A program made the position numbers and the translations under genes. From the NCBI GenBank assembly GCA_963798255.1, contig CAWCSM010000007.1, forward strand, positions 364,274 through 428,273: a stretch of 64,000 nucleotides of DNA. The letters run 5' to 3'. This DNA comes from an uncultured beta proteobacterium. GTDB taxonomy: Bacteria; Pseudomonadota; Gammaproteobacteria; Burkholderiales; Burkholderiaceae_C. Below, in pieces: positions 46,384 to 56,191 of the stretch. The notes beneath the pieces were generated by a model. That model saw only the letters and a program-made list of their open reading frames with translations. It was not told where the DNA came from and ran no database searches. The stretch's first letter is position 1, and each line of letters starts with the position of its first letter.

Positions 46384-48300
46384 ATGTCGTTGATTCGGCA
46401 AATCTGGTCGTTGCTGATCGGCCTGCTGCTGGTGGCGCTGCTGGCCGCCGTGGGCACCCACGCTTGGATGGCGCGTGTGGGCGCGATGGCGCAGGTTCAA
46501 GCGCGCAACGACGACAGCGCGATGATGCTGGCGCTGGCCCTGTCGCAACAGGGCGGGGATGCGCAGCGCCTGCAACTGGTGGCCTCGTCGCTGTTCGACA
46601 CCGGCCACTACCGCCGGCTGCGTCTCTTGCAACCCGACGGCAGTGCCTGGTTCGAGCGCGATGCAGCCGACCAGGCAGGCACCGCGCCGGCCTGGTTCCA
46701 GCGCCTGGCCGACTTCGACATCGCACCCGGTGTGGCCTGGGTCAGCCATGGCTGGACGCCGCTCGGCCAAGTCCAAGTGTCGAGCCAATCCGCCTGGGCG
46801 CTCGACGCGCTGTGGGCCAGCTGCCTGGCGATGACGTCGTGGATGGCGGCGCTGGCCGCGCTGGCGGCGGTGCTCGGCGCCTGGCTGGTGCGCTCCTGGC
46901 AGCGACCGCTGGACGCCGTCGTCGCGCAGGCGCGCGCCCTCGAAGAACGCCGCTTCGTTATCGCCGAGGAACCGCGTGTGCCCGAACTGCGCCGCCTCAC
47001 GCGTGGCATGAACAGCCTGGTCGCGCGGCTGCAGCGCTTGCTGGCCGACCAGGCCGAGCAACTCGATGCGCTGCGCGAGCAGGCCCACACCGATGCGCCC
47101 ACCGGGCTGGCGCGCCGACGGCCGTTCATCGGCCAGATGGATGCCGCGCTGCGCCGCGCGCCGGTCGGCGGGGCGGGGCTGCTGATCGTGCGCGTGCTCG
47201 ACCTGGCGGCGATGAACCGGCGCATCGGCCACGCTGGCACCGACGCCTTGCTCGGCGCGCTTGGCGAAGTGCTGCAGTCGTATCCGCGTCATGTCGAAGC
47301 CGCGTTGACCGGGCGGCTGAACGGCACCGACATGGCGCTGTACCTGCCCGCTGCCGGCATCGCCGCCGACACCGCTCGCAGCCTCGTCGATGCGCTGCGC
47401 GCCGCGTTGGCCACGGTGGATGCTGGCGCCGAACTGGTGATCGGCGGCAGCGATGGACTGTCGGGCCTCAGCGGTGGCGAAGCCCTGGCGCGCGCCGATG
47501 CGGCGCTGGCCCGCGCCGAACTGCGCGGCGCCTTCGCCATCGAGATCAGCGCCGAGACTGGCGGTGCAGTCGCCATCGCTGCCGGCGAGCAGCAATGGCG
47601 CCGGCTGCTCGGCGCCGCGCTGAACGAAGGGCGCACCCGCTTGAGCGAAGAGCCGGTGCTCGACGCCGACGGTCGCCTGGTGCACCTGTTGTGTTCGATG
47701 TGCCTGCAGTGGCAGGACGGCGACCCCTTTCATCCGGCGGCCGCGTGGCTGCCGATGGCGCAACGCTGCCGCCTGGCGCCGCAGGCCGACCGCGCGGCGC
47801 TGGCCCTGGCGTTGGCGGCGATCGGTGCCGACCGGCAACCGCGCTGCGTGGTGCTGACCACGGCCTCGTTGGCCAGTGCCGGCTTCGTCAGTGGCGTGCA
47901 GGCGCAGTTGGCGGCTGCGCCCGAACAGGCGGCCAGCCTGTCCATCGAACTGCGAGACAGCGCCACCTCGCGCCATGCCGCGCGGCTGCGTCACGCGAGC
48001 GTGCTGTGGCGCGGGCAAGGGGTCCGGTTGGGCCTGTCGCAGGCGGGTTCGAGCCTGCGCGAGCTGCCGCGCCTGCACACGCTCGGCCTGGATTACCTGC
48101 GCATCGACGCATCGCAACTGCAGGACGTGGCGCACGACCCGGCGGTGCGTGAACTGGCGCGTGGGCTCGTCAGGTTGCTGCACGGCATGGGCATGCAATT
48201 GCTTGCCGACGGCGTGGACAACAGCGACGATCTGGCGGCGTTGTGGCAGCTGGGATTCGACGGCGCGCGCGTTGCCGCCGGCGCCGAAGCCGCTACGTGA
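46384..48300 (+). CDS. lapD: LapD-like c-di-GMP receptor (periplasmic LapD/MoxY domain, HAMP, degenerate GGDEF and EAL)
   Basis: MSLIRQIW TM, LFDTGHYRRLRL, a second TM and HAMP, RLNGTDMALY in place of GGDEF, and a degenerate EAL domain. Directly follows lapG. Confidence 0.85.
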   Translation: MSLIRQIWSLLIGLLLVALLAAVGTHAWMARVGAMAQVQARNDDSAMMLALALSQQGGDAQRLQLVASSLFDTGHYRRLRLLQPDGSAWFERDAADQAGTAPAWFQRLADFDIAPGVAWVSHGWTPLGQVQVSSQSAWALDALWASCLAMTSWMAALAALAAVLGAWLVRSWQRPLDAVVAQARALEERRFVIAEEPRVPELRRLTRGMNSLVARLQRLLADQAEQLDALREQAHTDAPTGLARRRPFIGQMDAALRRAPVGGAGLLIVRVLDLAAMNRRIGHAGTDALLGALGEVLQSYPRHVEAALTGRLNGTDMALYLPAAGIAADTARSLVDALRAALATVDAGAELVIGGSDGLSGLSGGEALARADAALARAELRGAFAIEISAETGGAVAIAAGEQQWRRLLGAALNEGRTRLSEEPVLDADGRLVHLLCSMCLQWQDGDPFHPAAAWLPMAQRCRLAPQADRAALALALAAIGADRQPRCVVLTTASLASAGFVSGVQAQLAAAPEQAASLSIELRDSATSRHAARLRHASVLWRGQGVRLGLSQAGSSLRELPRLHTLGLDYLRIDASQLQDVAHDPAVRELARGLVRLLHGMGMQLLADGVDNSDDLAALWQLGFDGARVAAGAEAAT

Positions 48301-48838
48301 TGTCGCCGAAGTGCAGCGCGAAGGCACCGGCTGCGCGGTCGGCAAAGAAGTGCTGCAGCGTCTCACGCACGGTGCGAAAGGCCAGCTGTTCCCACGGGAT
48401 CTCGTGTTCGTGGAACAACTGCGCTTCGATGGTTTCGGGGCCGGGGTCGAAGCGCGTGTCTTCGAGGCGGGCGCGATAGAACAGGTGCACCTGGCCGACG
48501 CGCACCACGTTGATCATCGTGAACAAGCCCTGCATCTCGATGCGTGCGCCGGCCTCCTCGACCGTTTCGCGCAGCGCGCCTTGCTCAGTGGTCTCGCCCA
48601 GTTCCATGAAGCCGGCCGGCAGCGTCCACAGCCCGTAGCGGGGTTCGATATTGCGCCGGCACAGCAGCACCTGCTCGCCCCACACCGGCAGCGTGCCCAC
48701 CACGTTGAGCGGATTTTCGTAGTGCACCTCACCACAGGCGCTGCACACCGCGCGTTCGCGGTTGTCGTCGGCGGGAACCTGGTAGTGCGCGGGGCTGCCG
48801 CAGACGCGGCAGTGCTTGATCCGGCGAGCGTCCCACAT
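48293..48838 (-). CDS. NUDIX hydrolase with N-terminal zinc ribbon
   Basis: CRVCG...CSACG...HYENP, then the Nudix box GFMELGETTEQGALRETVEEAG. Confidence 0.92.
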   Translation of the reverse strand: MWDARRIKHCRVCGSPAHYQVPADDNRERAVCSACGEVHYENPLNVVGTLPVWGEQVLLCRRNIEPRYGLWTLPAGFMELGETTEQGALRETVEEAGARIEMQGLFTMINVVRVGQVHLFYRARLEDTRFDPGPETIEAQLFHEHEIPWEQLAFRTVRETLQHFFADRAAGAFALHFGDIT

Positions 48839-48947
48839 GCGTCTCAGTGTAGCGTGCGGGGGGTGTGCGGCGCGGTTGCGCGGGTGCCTGCGTGGCATCA
48901 TCCACAGCGTCGTTGCGCTCTCTTACACGCCTGCAGAAAGCCCACCC

Positions 48948-49640
48948 ATGAGCCTCGTTGTCGTCGCCCCCGCACCCGTCACCGTGCCCGTCGAGGAAGG
49001 GCGTGAATTCCCGGTGCACCGCATCTACTGCGTGGGGCGAAACTATGTCGAGCATGCGCAGGAGATGGGCCACACCGGGCGCGAGCCGCCGTTCTTCTTC
49101 ATCAAGCCGGCCGACACGGTGGTGCCGGTGCCCGAGGGCACCATCGGCACGATGGACTACCCGAGCCTGACGCAAAGCCTGCATCACGAGATCGAACTGG
49201 TGGTGGCCATCGGCCGCGGCGGACGCGACATCGCCGTCGACGATGCCGCCCGGCACATCTGGGGCTATGCGGTGGGGCTGGACATGACCCGCCGCGACCT
49301 GCAGGCCGAAATGAAGAAGCAGGGCCGGCCGTGGTGCATCGGCAAGGCCTTCGAGCAATCGGCACCGATCGGCCCGATCGTGCCGATCGCGCGCAGCGGC
49401 CGCCTGCTCAAGGGCGAGATCACGCTGAGCGTGAACGGCAAGCTGCGCCAGAAAGGTGACCTGTCGCAGTTGATCTGGAGCGTCAACGAAACCATTGCGC
49501 ACATCAGTGCCGCCTGGCTGCTGCAGCCGGGCGACCTGATCTTCACCGGCACGCCGGCCGGCGTTGGCGCGGTCGAGCGCGGCGAGGTCATGGAAGGCCG
49601 CATCGAAGGCCTCGGCACCTTGCGCGTCGCGGTGCGCTGA
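48948..49640 (+). CDS. Fumarylacetoacetate-hydrolase family protein (fumarylpyruvate hydrolase-like)
   Basis: YCVGRNY, FFIKP, HHEIEL, DMTRRDLQ and GDLIFTGTPAGVG. Confidence 0.92.
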   Translation: MSLVVVAPAPVTVPVEEGREFPVHRIYCVGRNYVEHAQEMGHTGREPPFFFIKPADTVVPVPEGTIGTMDYPSLTQSLHHEIELVVAIGRGGRDIAVDDAARHIWGYAVGLDMTRRDLQAEMKKQGRPWCIGKAFEQSAPIGPIVPIARSGRLLKGEITLSVNGKLRQKGDLSQLIWSVNETIAHISAAWLLQPGDLIFTGTPAGVGAVERGEVMEGRIEGLGTLRVAVR

Positions 49641-49654
49641 GGGCACGTCAGAGC

Positions 49655-50287
49655 ATGGAACTTTTCAGCTACTTCCGATCGTCGGCCTCGTACCGGGTGC
49701 GCATCGCACTGGCGCTGAAGGGGTTGGACTACGACTACCGCGCGGTGCACATCGCGAAGGACGAACACTTCGAGGAGCCTTTCGCGTCGGAGTCGGCAAG
49801 CCGCCTGGTGCCGCTGCTGCGCGATGGCGGACTGGTGTTGAGCCAGTCGCTCGCGATCATTGAATACCTCGACGAGACCCACCCGACGCCGCCGCTGTTG
49901 CCTGCCGATGCGCCGGGCCGCGCGCGCGTGCGCTCGCTGGCGCTCGACATGGCCTGCGAGATTCATCCGCTGAACAACCTGCGTGTGCTGCGCTACCTGG
50001 TGAACTCGTTGAAGCTGGGCGAAGACGACAAGAACCGCTGGTACCGGCATTGGGTCGAGACCGGTTTCGAGGCGGTCGAACGTCAACTGGCGCGGCAGCC
50101 ATCGACCTTCTGTCACGGCGACAGCCCGACACTGGCCGACTGCGTGCTGGTGCCGCAGGTCTACAACGCCCAGCGCTTCGAGTGCCGGCTCGATCACGTG
50201 CCGAACCTGATGCGCGTGCACGCGGCCTGCATGCAACTCGATGCCTTTCAGGCCACGCGGCCCGAAGCCTGCCCGGATGCGGCTTGA
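49655..50287 (+). CDS. maiA: Maleylacetoacetate/maleylpyruvate isomerase (zeta-class GST)
   Basis: YFRSSASYRVRIALALK, SQSLAIIEYLDE, IHPLNNLRV and PQVYNAQRF. Confidence 0.93.
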   Translation: MELFSYFRSSASYRVRIALALKGLDYDYRAVHIAKDEHFEEPFASESASRLVPLLRDGGLVLSQSLAIIEYLDETHPTPPLLPADAPGRARVRSLALDMACEIHPLNNLRVLRYLVNSLKLGEDDKNRWYRHWVETGFEAVERQLARQPSTFCHGDSPTLADCVLVPQVYNAQRFECRLDHVPNLMRVHAACMQLDAFQATRPEACPDAA

Positions 50288-51029
50288 TGCCGGCCCCGCG
50301 CTGGGGCAGCACGTCGGCGCGTGCATGACGACCCGCGAGGGCGGCGTCAGCCAATCGCCCTGGGACAGCTTCAATCTCGGTGCGCGCTGCGGCGACAGCG
50401 AACACGACGTGCGGCGCAACCGGCGCCGCTTCGCCGTGGCGATCGGCGCTGCGCCGGTGTGGTTGAACCAGGTGCACGGCTGCCGTGTCGTCGCCGTCAC
50501 CGCAACCGATGCCGATGCCGAACCGAAAACTGCCGATGCCGCGTGGACCAATCAGCCGCGTGTAGCCTGCGCGGTGCTGGTGGCCGATTGCCTGCCGGTG
50601 CTGCTGGCCGCACCGACGGCGGTGGCCGCAGCCCACGCTGGCTGGCGGGGCCTGGCGGCGGGTGTGCTGGAGCAGGCTGTGGCGGCGTTGTGCGCGGGCA
50701 GTGGCTGCGAACCGGCTGCCGTACGCGCCTGGTTGGGGCCGTGCATCGGCCCGCGTCGCTTCGAGGTCGGCGCTGACGTGCCGCGTGCCTTTGGCACCGT
50801 GTCCGATCGAGACGCCGCCGCGTACTTTGTGCCGCAGGGTGTGCGCGCTGGCCAGCAGCGCTGGCTGGCCGACCTGGCCGGGCTGGCGCACGCGCGGCTG
50901 CGCGGCCTGGGCCTGGTGCACATCGCCGGCGAACGACGCTGCACCGCCGAAGAACCGTCATCCTTCTTCTCGTACCGGCGCGACGGCGTCACCGGGCGCA
51001 TGGCCGCTGCCATCTGGCTGCGCGGCTGA
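50277..51029 (+). CDS. pgeF: Peptidoglycan editing factor PgeF / YfiH laccase-domain protein (start approximate)
   Basis: SFNLG, LNQVHG, ADCLPVL, AHAGWRGL, GPCIGP and FFSYRRDGVTGRMAA. Confidence 0.92.
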   Translation: MRLDAGPALGQHVGACMTTREGGVSQSPWDSFNLGARCGDSEHDVRRNRRRFAVAIGAAPVWLNQVHGCRVVAVTATDADAEPKTADAAWTNQPRVACAVLVADCLPVLLAAPTAVAAAHAGWRGLAAGVLEQAVAALCAGSGCEPAAVRAWLGPCIGPRRFEVGADVPRAFGTVSDRDAAAYFVPQGVRAGQQRWLADLAGLAHARLRGLGLVHIAGERRCTAEEPSSFFSYRRDGVTGRMAAAIWLRG

Positions 51030-51227
51030 ATCTGGCCCGCGCTCGGCGGCGCGTCGCGCGCGTCGGCGCATCGGCGCGCCCATCACGTACAGCACGATGG
51101 ACAGCGGCAGAACGCCATAGAGCAGCAGCGTGAAGAACGCGCCGAGCAGCGTGCCATGGCTGGAGAAGGCCTCGACCAAGGCCATCATCACCACCACATA
51201 ACCCCATGCCAGCGCCACCACGTGCAT
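50958..51227 (-). CDS. Small two-TM hypothetical membrane protein
   Basis: MHVVALAWGYVVVMMALVEA...LLYGVLPLSIVLYVMG gives two hydrophobic helices then a basic tail. Its 3' end overlaps pgeF convergently by 72 nt. Confidence 0.6.
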   Translation of the reverse strand: MHVVALAWGYVVVMMALVEAFSSHGTLLGAFFTLLLYGVLPLSIVLYVMGAPMRRRARRAAERGPDSAAQPDGSGHAPGDAVAPVREEG

Positions 51228-51363
51228 ATCGAAATGTGATTTCTGTTTTTAGAATATGGAATTACACCAGGCTTTCACCGTAGAATGCGTGCACGATTCG
51301 GCTCAGACTTCAGCGGCGCAGCCTGGGTCGCGCAAGACCGACGACAACACGGAGACAAGCGAG

Positions 51364-53025
51364 ATGGACAAGCCTAACCCCTTCCTGCCCGACCTGGGCC
51401 TGGACGCCTGGAAAGGCGTGGTGCCGCTGACGGTATCGCCGAACTCGCTGTTGCAGGCGCAGCAGGCCTATATCGAAGGCGCGACCGCCTTGTGGAACGT
51501 GAGCGTCGCGGCGGGCGACGGCAAGGGCGCGGCCATGCCGCTTCAGGACAGGCGCTTTGCTGCCGAGGGCTGGCGCGACAACCCGGCGGCGAATTTCCTG
51601 TCGCAGATGTACCTGCTCAATTCGCGCGCGTTGCTGGCCATGGCCGATGCGGTGCAGGCCGACACGAAGACGAAGGCCCGCATCCGCTTCGCCGTGCAGC
51701 AATGGGTCGATGCCGCCTCGCCGGGCAACTATCTGGCGTTGAACCCGGAGGCGCTGCAAAAAGCGGTTCAAACGCAGGGCCAGAGTCTGGCCGAAGGCAT
51801 CAAGCACCTGCTCGAGGATGCCGGCAAGGGGCATCTGTCGCAGACCGACGAATCGGCTTTCGAAGTGGGCCGCAACGTCGCCACCAGCGAGGGCGCAGTG
51901 GTGTTCGAGAACGAGCTCTTCCAACTCATCGAATACCGGTCCTTGACGGCGAAGGTTCATGCGCGACCGATGCTGTTCATCCCGCCGTGCATCAACAAGT
52001 TCTACATCATGGACTTGCAGCCGGAGAACTCGTTGATCCGCTACACGGTCGAGCAGGGTCACCGTGTGTTCGTCATCAGCTGGCGCAACCCCGATGCGTC
52101 GCTGGCCTCGAAGACCTGGGACGACTACATCGAACACGCCGCCATTCGCGCCATCGACGTGGTGCGCGACATCACCGGCGCCAAATCAATCAACACGCTG
52201 GGTTTCTGCGTCGGCGGCACGATCCTGGCGACTGCGCTGGCGGTGCTGGCGGCGCGTGGCGAGCAGCCGGCCGAAAGCGTGACCTTGCTGACCACCTTGC
52301 TCGATTTCAGCGACACCGGCGTGCTCGACCTGTTCATCGACGAAGCCGGTGTGCGCCTGCGCGAGATGACGCTGGGCGAGCAGGCGCCCGCCGGTCCGGC
52401 GCTGCTGAAGGGCCAGGAACTGGCCACCACCTTCAGCTTCCTGCGCCCGAACGACCTGGTGTGGAACTACGTCGTCGGCAACTACCTGAAAGGCGAGTCG
52501 CCGCCGGCCTTCGACCTGCTGTACTGGAACGGCGATGCGACCAATCTGCCCGGGCCGATGTACTGCTGGTACTTGCGCCACACCTACTTGCAGAACGAAC
52601 TCATCAAGCCCGGCGCGCTGACGGTGTGCGGCGAGAAGATCGACCTCGGCGCGATCGAGGCGCCGGTGTTCATCTACGGCTCACGCGAGGACCACATCGT
52701 GCCCTGGAAGGCGGCCTACGCCTCCACGCAGGTGATGAAAGGGCCGCGCCGCTTCGTGCTCGGTGCGTCGGGCCACATCGCCGGCGTCATCAACCCGCCG
52801 GCGAAGAAAAAGCGCAGTCACTGGACCAACACCAGGCTGGTCGCCGATGCCGACAAGTGGTTCGACGGCGCGACCGAGGTGTCCGGCAGCTGGTGGCCCG
52901 AATGGGCGGGCTGGCTGAAGCCGCACGCCGGCGCGATGAAACCCGCGCCGAAGTCTCCTGGCAGCAAGTCATTCGCCCCGATCGAACCCGCGCCCGGCCG
53001 CTACGTCAAACAGAAGGCGTCCTGA
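51364..53025 (+). CDS. phaC: Class I poly(3-hydroxyalkanoate) synthase
   Basis: [12 protein letters not shown], lipase box GFCVGG, DLLYWN, EDHIVPW and SGHIAG. GGAGACAA RBS at 51351 (alternative upstream ATG at 51256). Confidence 0.95.
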   Translation: MDKPNPFLPDLGLDAWKGVVPLTVSPNSLLQAQQAYIEGATALWNVSVAAGDGKGAAMPLQDRRFAAEGWRDNPAANFLSQMYLLNSRALLAMADAVQADTKTKARIRFAVQQWVDAASPGNYLALNPEALQKAVQTQGQSLAEGIKHLLEDAGKGHLSQTDESAFEVGRNVATSEGAVVFENELFQLIEYRSLTAKVHARPMLFIPPCINKFYIMDLQPENSLIRYTVEQGHRVFVISWRNPDASLASKTWDDYIEHAAIRAIDVVRDITGAKSINTLGFCVGGTILATALAVLAARGEQPAESVTLLTTLLDFSDTGVLDLFIDEAGVRLREMTLGEQAPAGPALLKGQELATTFSFLRPNDLVWNYVVGNYLKGESPPAFDLLYWNGDATNLPGPMYCWYLRHTYLQNELIKPGALTVCGEKIDLGAIEAPVFIYGSREDHIVPWKAAYASTQVMKGPRRFVLGASGHIAGVINPPAKKKRSHWTNTRLVADADKWFDGATEVSGSWWPEWAGWLKPHAGAMKPAPKSPGSKSFAPIEPAPGRYVKQKAS

Positions 53026-53059
53026 GCGAAGCTCATTTTTCAACCCTGGAGAACCTGAC

Positions 53060-54241
53060 ATGACCGACATCGTGATCGTCGCCGCCGCCCGCACCGCCGT
53101 GGGCAAGTTCGGTGGCAGCCTGGCCAAGACACCCGCCACCGAGCTGGGCGCCGCCGTCATCAAGTCGCTGCTCGAGCGCGCCAAGCTCGACGGTGAGCAG
53201 ATCAACGAAGTCATCCTCGGCCAGGTGCTGCAGGCCGGCACCGGCCAGAACCCGGCGCGCCAGTCGGTAATCAAGGCCGGGTTGCCGCATGCGGTGCCGG
53301 CGATGACCATCAACAAGGTCTGCGGCTCGGGGCTGAAAGCGGTGATGCTGGCAGCGCAAGCCATCCGGGACGGCGACAGCGAGATCATCATCGCCGGTGG
53401 CCAGGAGAGCATGAGCATGAGCCCGCACGTGCTGCCCAATTCGCGCGACGGCCAGCGCATGGGCGACTGGAAGCTGGTCGACACGATGATCACCGACGGC
53501 CTCTGGGACGTCTACAACCAGTACCACATGGGCATCACGGCCGAGAACGTGGCCAAGAAGCACGGCATCAGCCGCGAAGCGCAGGATGCGCTGGCGCTGG
53601 GTTCGCAGCAGAAGGCCGCGGCCGCGCAGGAAGCCGGGCGCTTCAAGGACGAGATCGTGCCCTTCAGCATCGCGCAGCGAAAGGGCGATCCGATCGTCTT
53701 CGCCGCCGACGAATTCATCAACAAGAAGACCAGCGCCGAAGCGCTGGCCGGCCTGCGCCCGGCCTTCGACAAGGCCGGCAGCGTCACTGCTGGCAATGCC
53801 TCGGGCCTGAACGACGGCGCCGCGGGTGTGGTGGTGATGAGCGCGGCCAAGGCCAAGGCGCTGGGCCTGACACCGCTGGCGCGCATCGTCAGCTACGCCA
53901 GCGCCGGCCTCGACCCGGCGTTCATGGGCATGGGCCCGGTGCCGGCGGCGCGCAAGGCGTTGCAGCGTGCCGGCTGGAAGGCAACCGACCTCGACCTGCT
54001 GGAGATCAACGAGGCCTTCGCCGCGCAAGCCTGCGCCGTGCACCAGGAAATGGGCTGGGACATGAGCAAGGTCAATGTCAACGGCGGCGCCATCGCCATC
54101 GGCCACCCGATCGGCGCGTCGGGCTGCCGCATCCTGGTCACGCTGCTGCACGAGATGGCGCGGCGGGGCAGCAAGCGCGGCATCGCCTCGCTGTGCATCG
54201 GTGGCGGCATGGGCGTGGCGCTGACCGTCGAACGCGGCTGA
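53060..54241 (+). CDS. phaA: Acetyl-CoA acetyltransferase (beta-ketothiolase)
   Basis: [26 protein letters not shown] and CIGGGMG. Confidence 0.95.
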   Translation: MTDIVIVAAARTAVGKFGGSLAKTPATELGAAVIKSLLERAKLDGEQINEVILGQVLQAGTGQNPARQSVIKAGLPHAVPAMTINKVCGSGLKAVMLAAQAIRDGDSEIIIAGGQESMSMSPHVLPNSRDGQRMGDWKLVDTMITDGLWDVYNQYHMGITAENVAKKHGISREAQDALALGSQQKAAAAQEAGRFKDEIVPFSIAQRKGDPIVFAADEFINKKTSAEALAGLRPAFDKAGSVTAGNASGLNDGAAGVVVMSAAKAKALGLTPLARIVSYASAGLDPAFMGMGPVPAARKALQRAGWKATDLDLLEINEAFAAQACAVHQEMGWDMSKVNVNGGAIAIGHPIGASGCRILVTLLHEMARRGSKRGIASLCIGGGMGVALTVERG

Positions 54242-54347
54242 ATCCCGACCACCCCAGGACGACCCGGCTTGACTTGCGCGCTCAAGCAGGCAAGCTTCGC
54301 ATTCGATCCGGCACGCTGGACATTCATATCAATAACAGGAGAACGGC

Positions 54348-55084
54348 ATGGCAAACAAAGTGGCATACGTGACTGGGGGCATGGGCGGCATTGGCACCGC
54401 CATCTGCCAGCGCTTGCACAAGGAAGGCTTCCTCGTCATCGCCGGTTGCGGCCCCAGCCGCGACTGGAAGAAGTGGCTTGACGAGCAGAAGGCGCTGAAC
54501 TACAGCTTTCACGCCTCGGTCGGCAACGTCGCCGATTGGCAATCGACGGTCGATGCCTTCGGCAAGGCCACCGCCGAGCACGGGCCGATCGACGTGCTGG
54601 TGAACAACGCCGGCATCACGCGCGACCGCATGTTCCTGAAGATGAGCCCGAGGACTGGAAGGCGGTCATCGACACCAACCTGAACAGCATGTTCAACGTC
54701 ACCAAGCAGGTGGTGCCGGGCATGGTGGAAAAGGGCTGGGGCCGCATCGTCCAGATCAGTTCGGTCAACGGCGAGAAGGGCCAGGCCGGGCAGACCAACT
54801 ACTCGGCGGCGAAGGCCGGCATGCACGGCTTCACGATGGCGCTGGCGCAAGAAATGGCCAGCAAGGGCGTCACGGTGAACACGGTCAGCCCGGGCTACAT
54901 CGGCACCGACATGGTCCGTGCCATCAAGCCCGAGGTGCTGGAGAAGATCGTTGCCACGATTCCGGTCAAGCGCCTGGGCACACCCGAGGAAATCGGCTCG
55001 ATCGTCGCCTGGCTGGCCGGCGAGGATTCGGGTTTCACCACCGGCGCCGACTTCAGCTGCAACGGCGGCCTGCACATGGGCTGA
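54348..55084 (+). CDS. phaB: Acetoacetyl-CoA reductase, split by a 1-bp deletion at ~54649
   Basis: VTGGMGGIG and NNAGITRD in one frame; EDWKAVIDTNL, SSVNG, YSAAKAG and NGGLHMG in the next. ATG AGC CCG AGG needs one extra base to read MSPEDW. Confidence 0.92.
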
Positions 55085-55138
55085 GGCGGTTGCGCCTCGG
55101 CGTATGCCTGTCTCTCGCCTAGACGGGAGAGAGAAAAG

Positions 55139-56191
55139 TCAGGTGAGTTGCTGCGCGGCCTCGCGCAGCGTGTCGGGCTCGCCATCGAGCAGGTCGATCT
55201 TCAGCCCCGCATCCAGCTGCGGGAAGCTGCGCTTCAATGAACGACCGTACAGCGGGTCGTAGTGCTGCTGCATCAACTGGCCGAACACTTCGCGCCAACG
55301 GCCAGCGCGGGCAGCGACCTGCCAGCGGTTCACCGTCTCGCGGCCGCGCAGCGGCAGCAGCGATTCGAGCAACCGGCAGAAGCCTTCGACATCGTCGGCG
55401 AAGAAGGCGTACTCCTGCTGCAGCAGGTCGAGGCGCGCTTCATCGGCCATTTGCACCAGCACGCATTCGCCATCGCTGCGCATGTGATCGATCAGTGCCT
55501 CCGGCACGCGCAGCGCGCCGACCTTGCGGCTCTCGCTTTCGATGAACACCGGCCGGCCCGGATCGAAGCCTTTGAGCGCTTGCCACAGCAGTGAATCGAA
55601 GTGCTTCTGTGTCGGCTGCGGCCGGCCCGGCACCGCACCGAGCACCGAGCCGCGATGGCAGGCCAGCCCTTCCAGATCGAGCGTTTGCGCGCCGATGTCG
55701 GCCAGCGCGCCCAGCAGTCGTGTCTTGCCACTGCCGGTGCGCCCGCAAAGGACGCGGTATTTGAAGCGCCGCGGCAGCTCGTCGAGTTCGTCGCGCACGA
55801 TCGCGCGCCAGGCCTTGTAGCCACCGTCGAGCTGCGTGGTGCGAAAACCGATCTGGCCCAGAAACCAGGCCAGGCTGCCCGAACGCTGGCCACCGCGCCA
55901 GCAGTACACCAGCGGCTGCCAGTCGCGCGGCTTGTCCTGCACCCACTGTTCGACATGCACGGCGATGTTGCGCGCCACCATCGTTGCGCCCACCTTGCGC
56001 GCCGCCAGCGCCGATTGCTGCTTGTACAGCGTGCCGACGATGCGCCGCTGCTCGTCGTCGAGCACCGGCCAGTTGACGGCGCCGGGCAAGTGGTCTTCGG
56101 CGAACTCGGCCGGCGAGCGTGCATCGATGATGCAGTCGAAACGATGCGGCGCATCAAGATACGCGGCCGCGCCGGTCTGCTTCAGGCTCAC
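55139..56191 (-). CDS. mnmH: tRNA 2-selenouridine synthase (SelU/MnmH)
   Basis: [16 protein letters not shown] rhodanese, [10 protein letters not shown]-loop [19 protein letters not shown] and ESESRKVG. Confidence 0.93.
   Translation of the reverse strand: MSLKQTGAAAYLDAPHRFDCIIDARSPAEFAEDHLPGAVNWPVLDDEQRRIVGTLYKQQSALAARKVGATMVARNIAVHVEQWVQDKPRDWQPLVYCWRGGQRSGSLAWFLGQIGFRTTQLDGGYKAWRAIVRDELDELPRRFKYRVLCGRTGSGKTRLLGALADIGAQTLDLEGLACHRGSVLGAVPGRPQPTQKHFDSLLWQALKGFDPGRPVFIESESRKVGALRVPEALIDHMRSDGECVLVQMADEARLDLLQQEYAFFADDVEGFCRLLESLLPLRGRETVNRWQVAARAGRWREVFGQLMQQHYDPLYGRSLKRSFPQLDAGLKIDLLDGEPDTLREAAQQLT

Noticed and set aside
48948-50287. FAH-family plus maiA as an aromatic-degradation island
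   Set aside because: No ring-cleaving dioxygenase, regulator or mobility signal nearby; composition is like the core genome.
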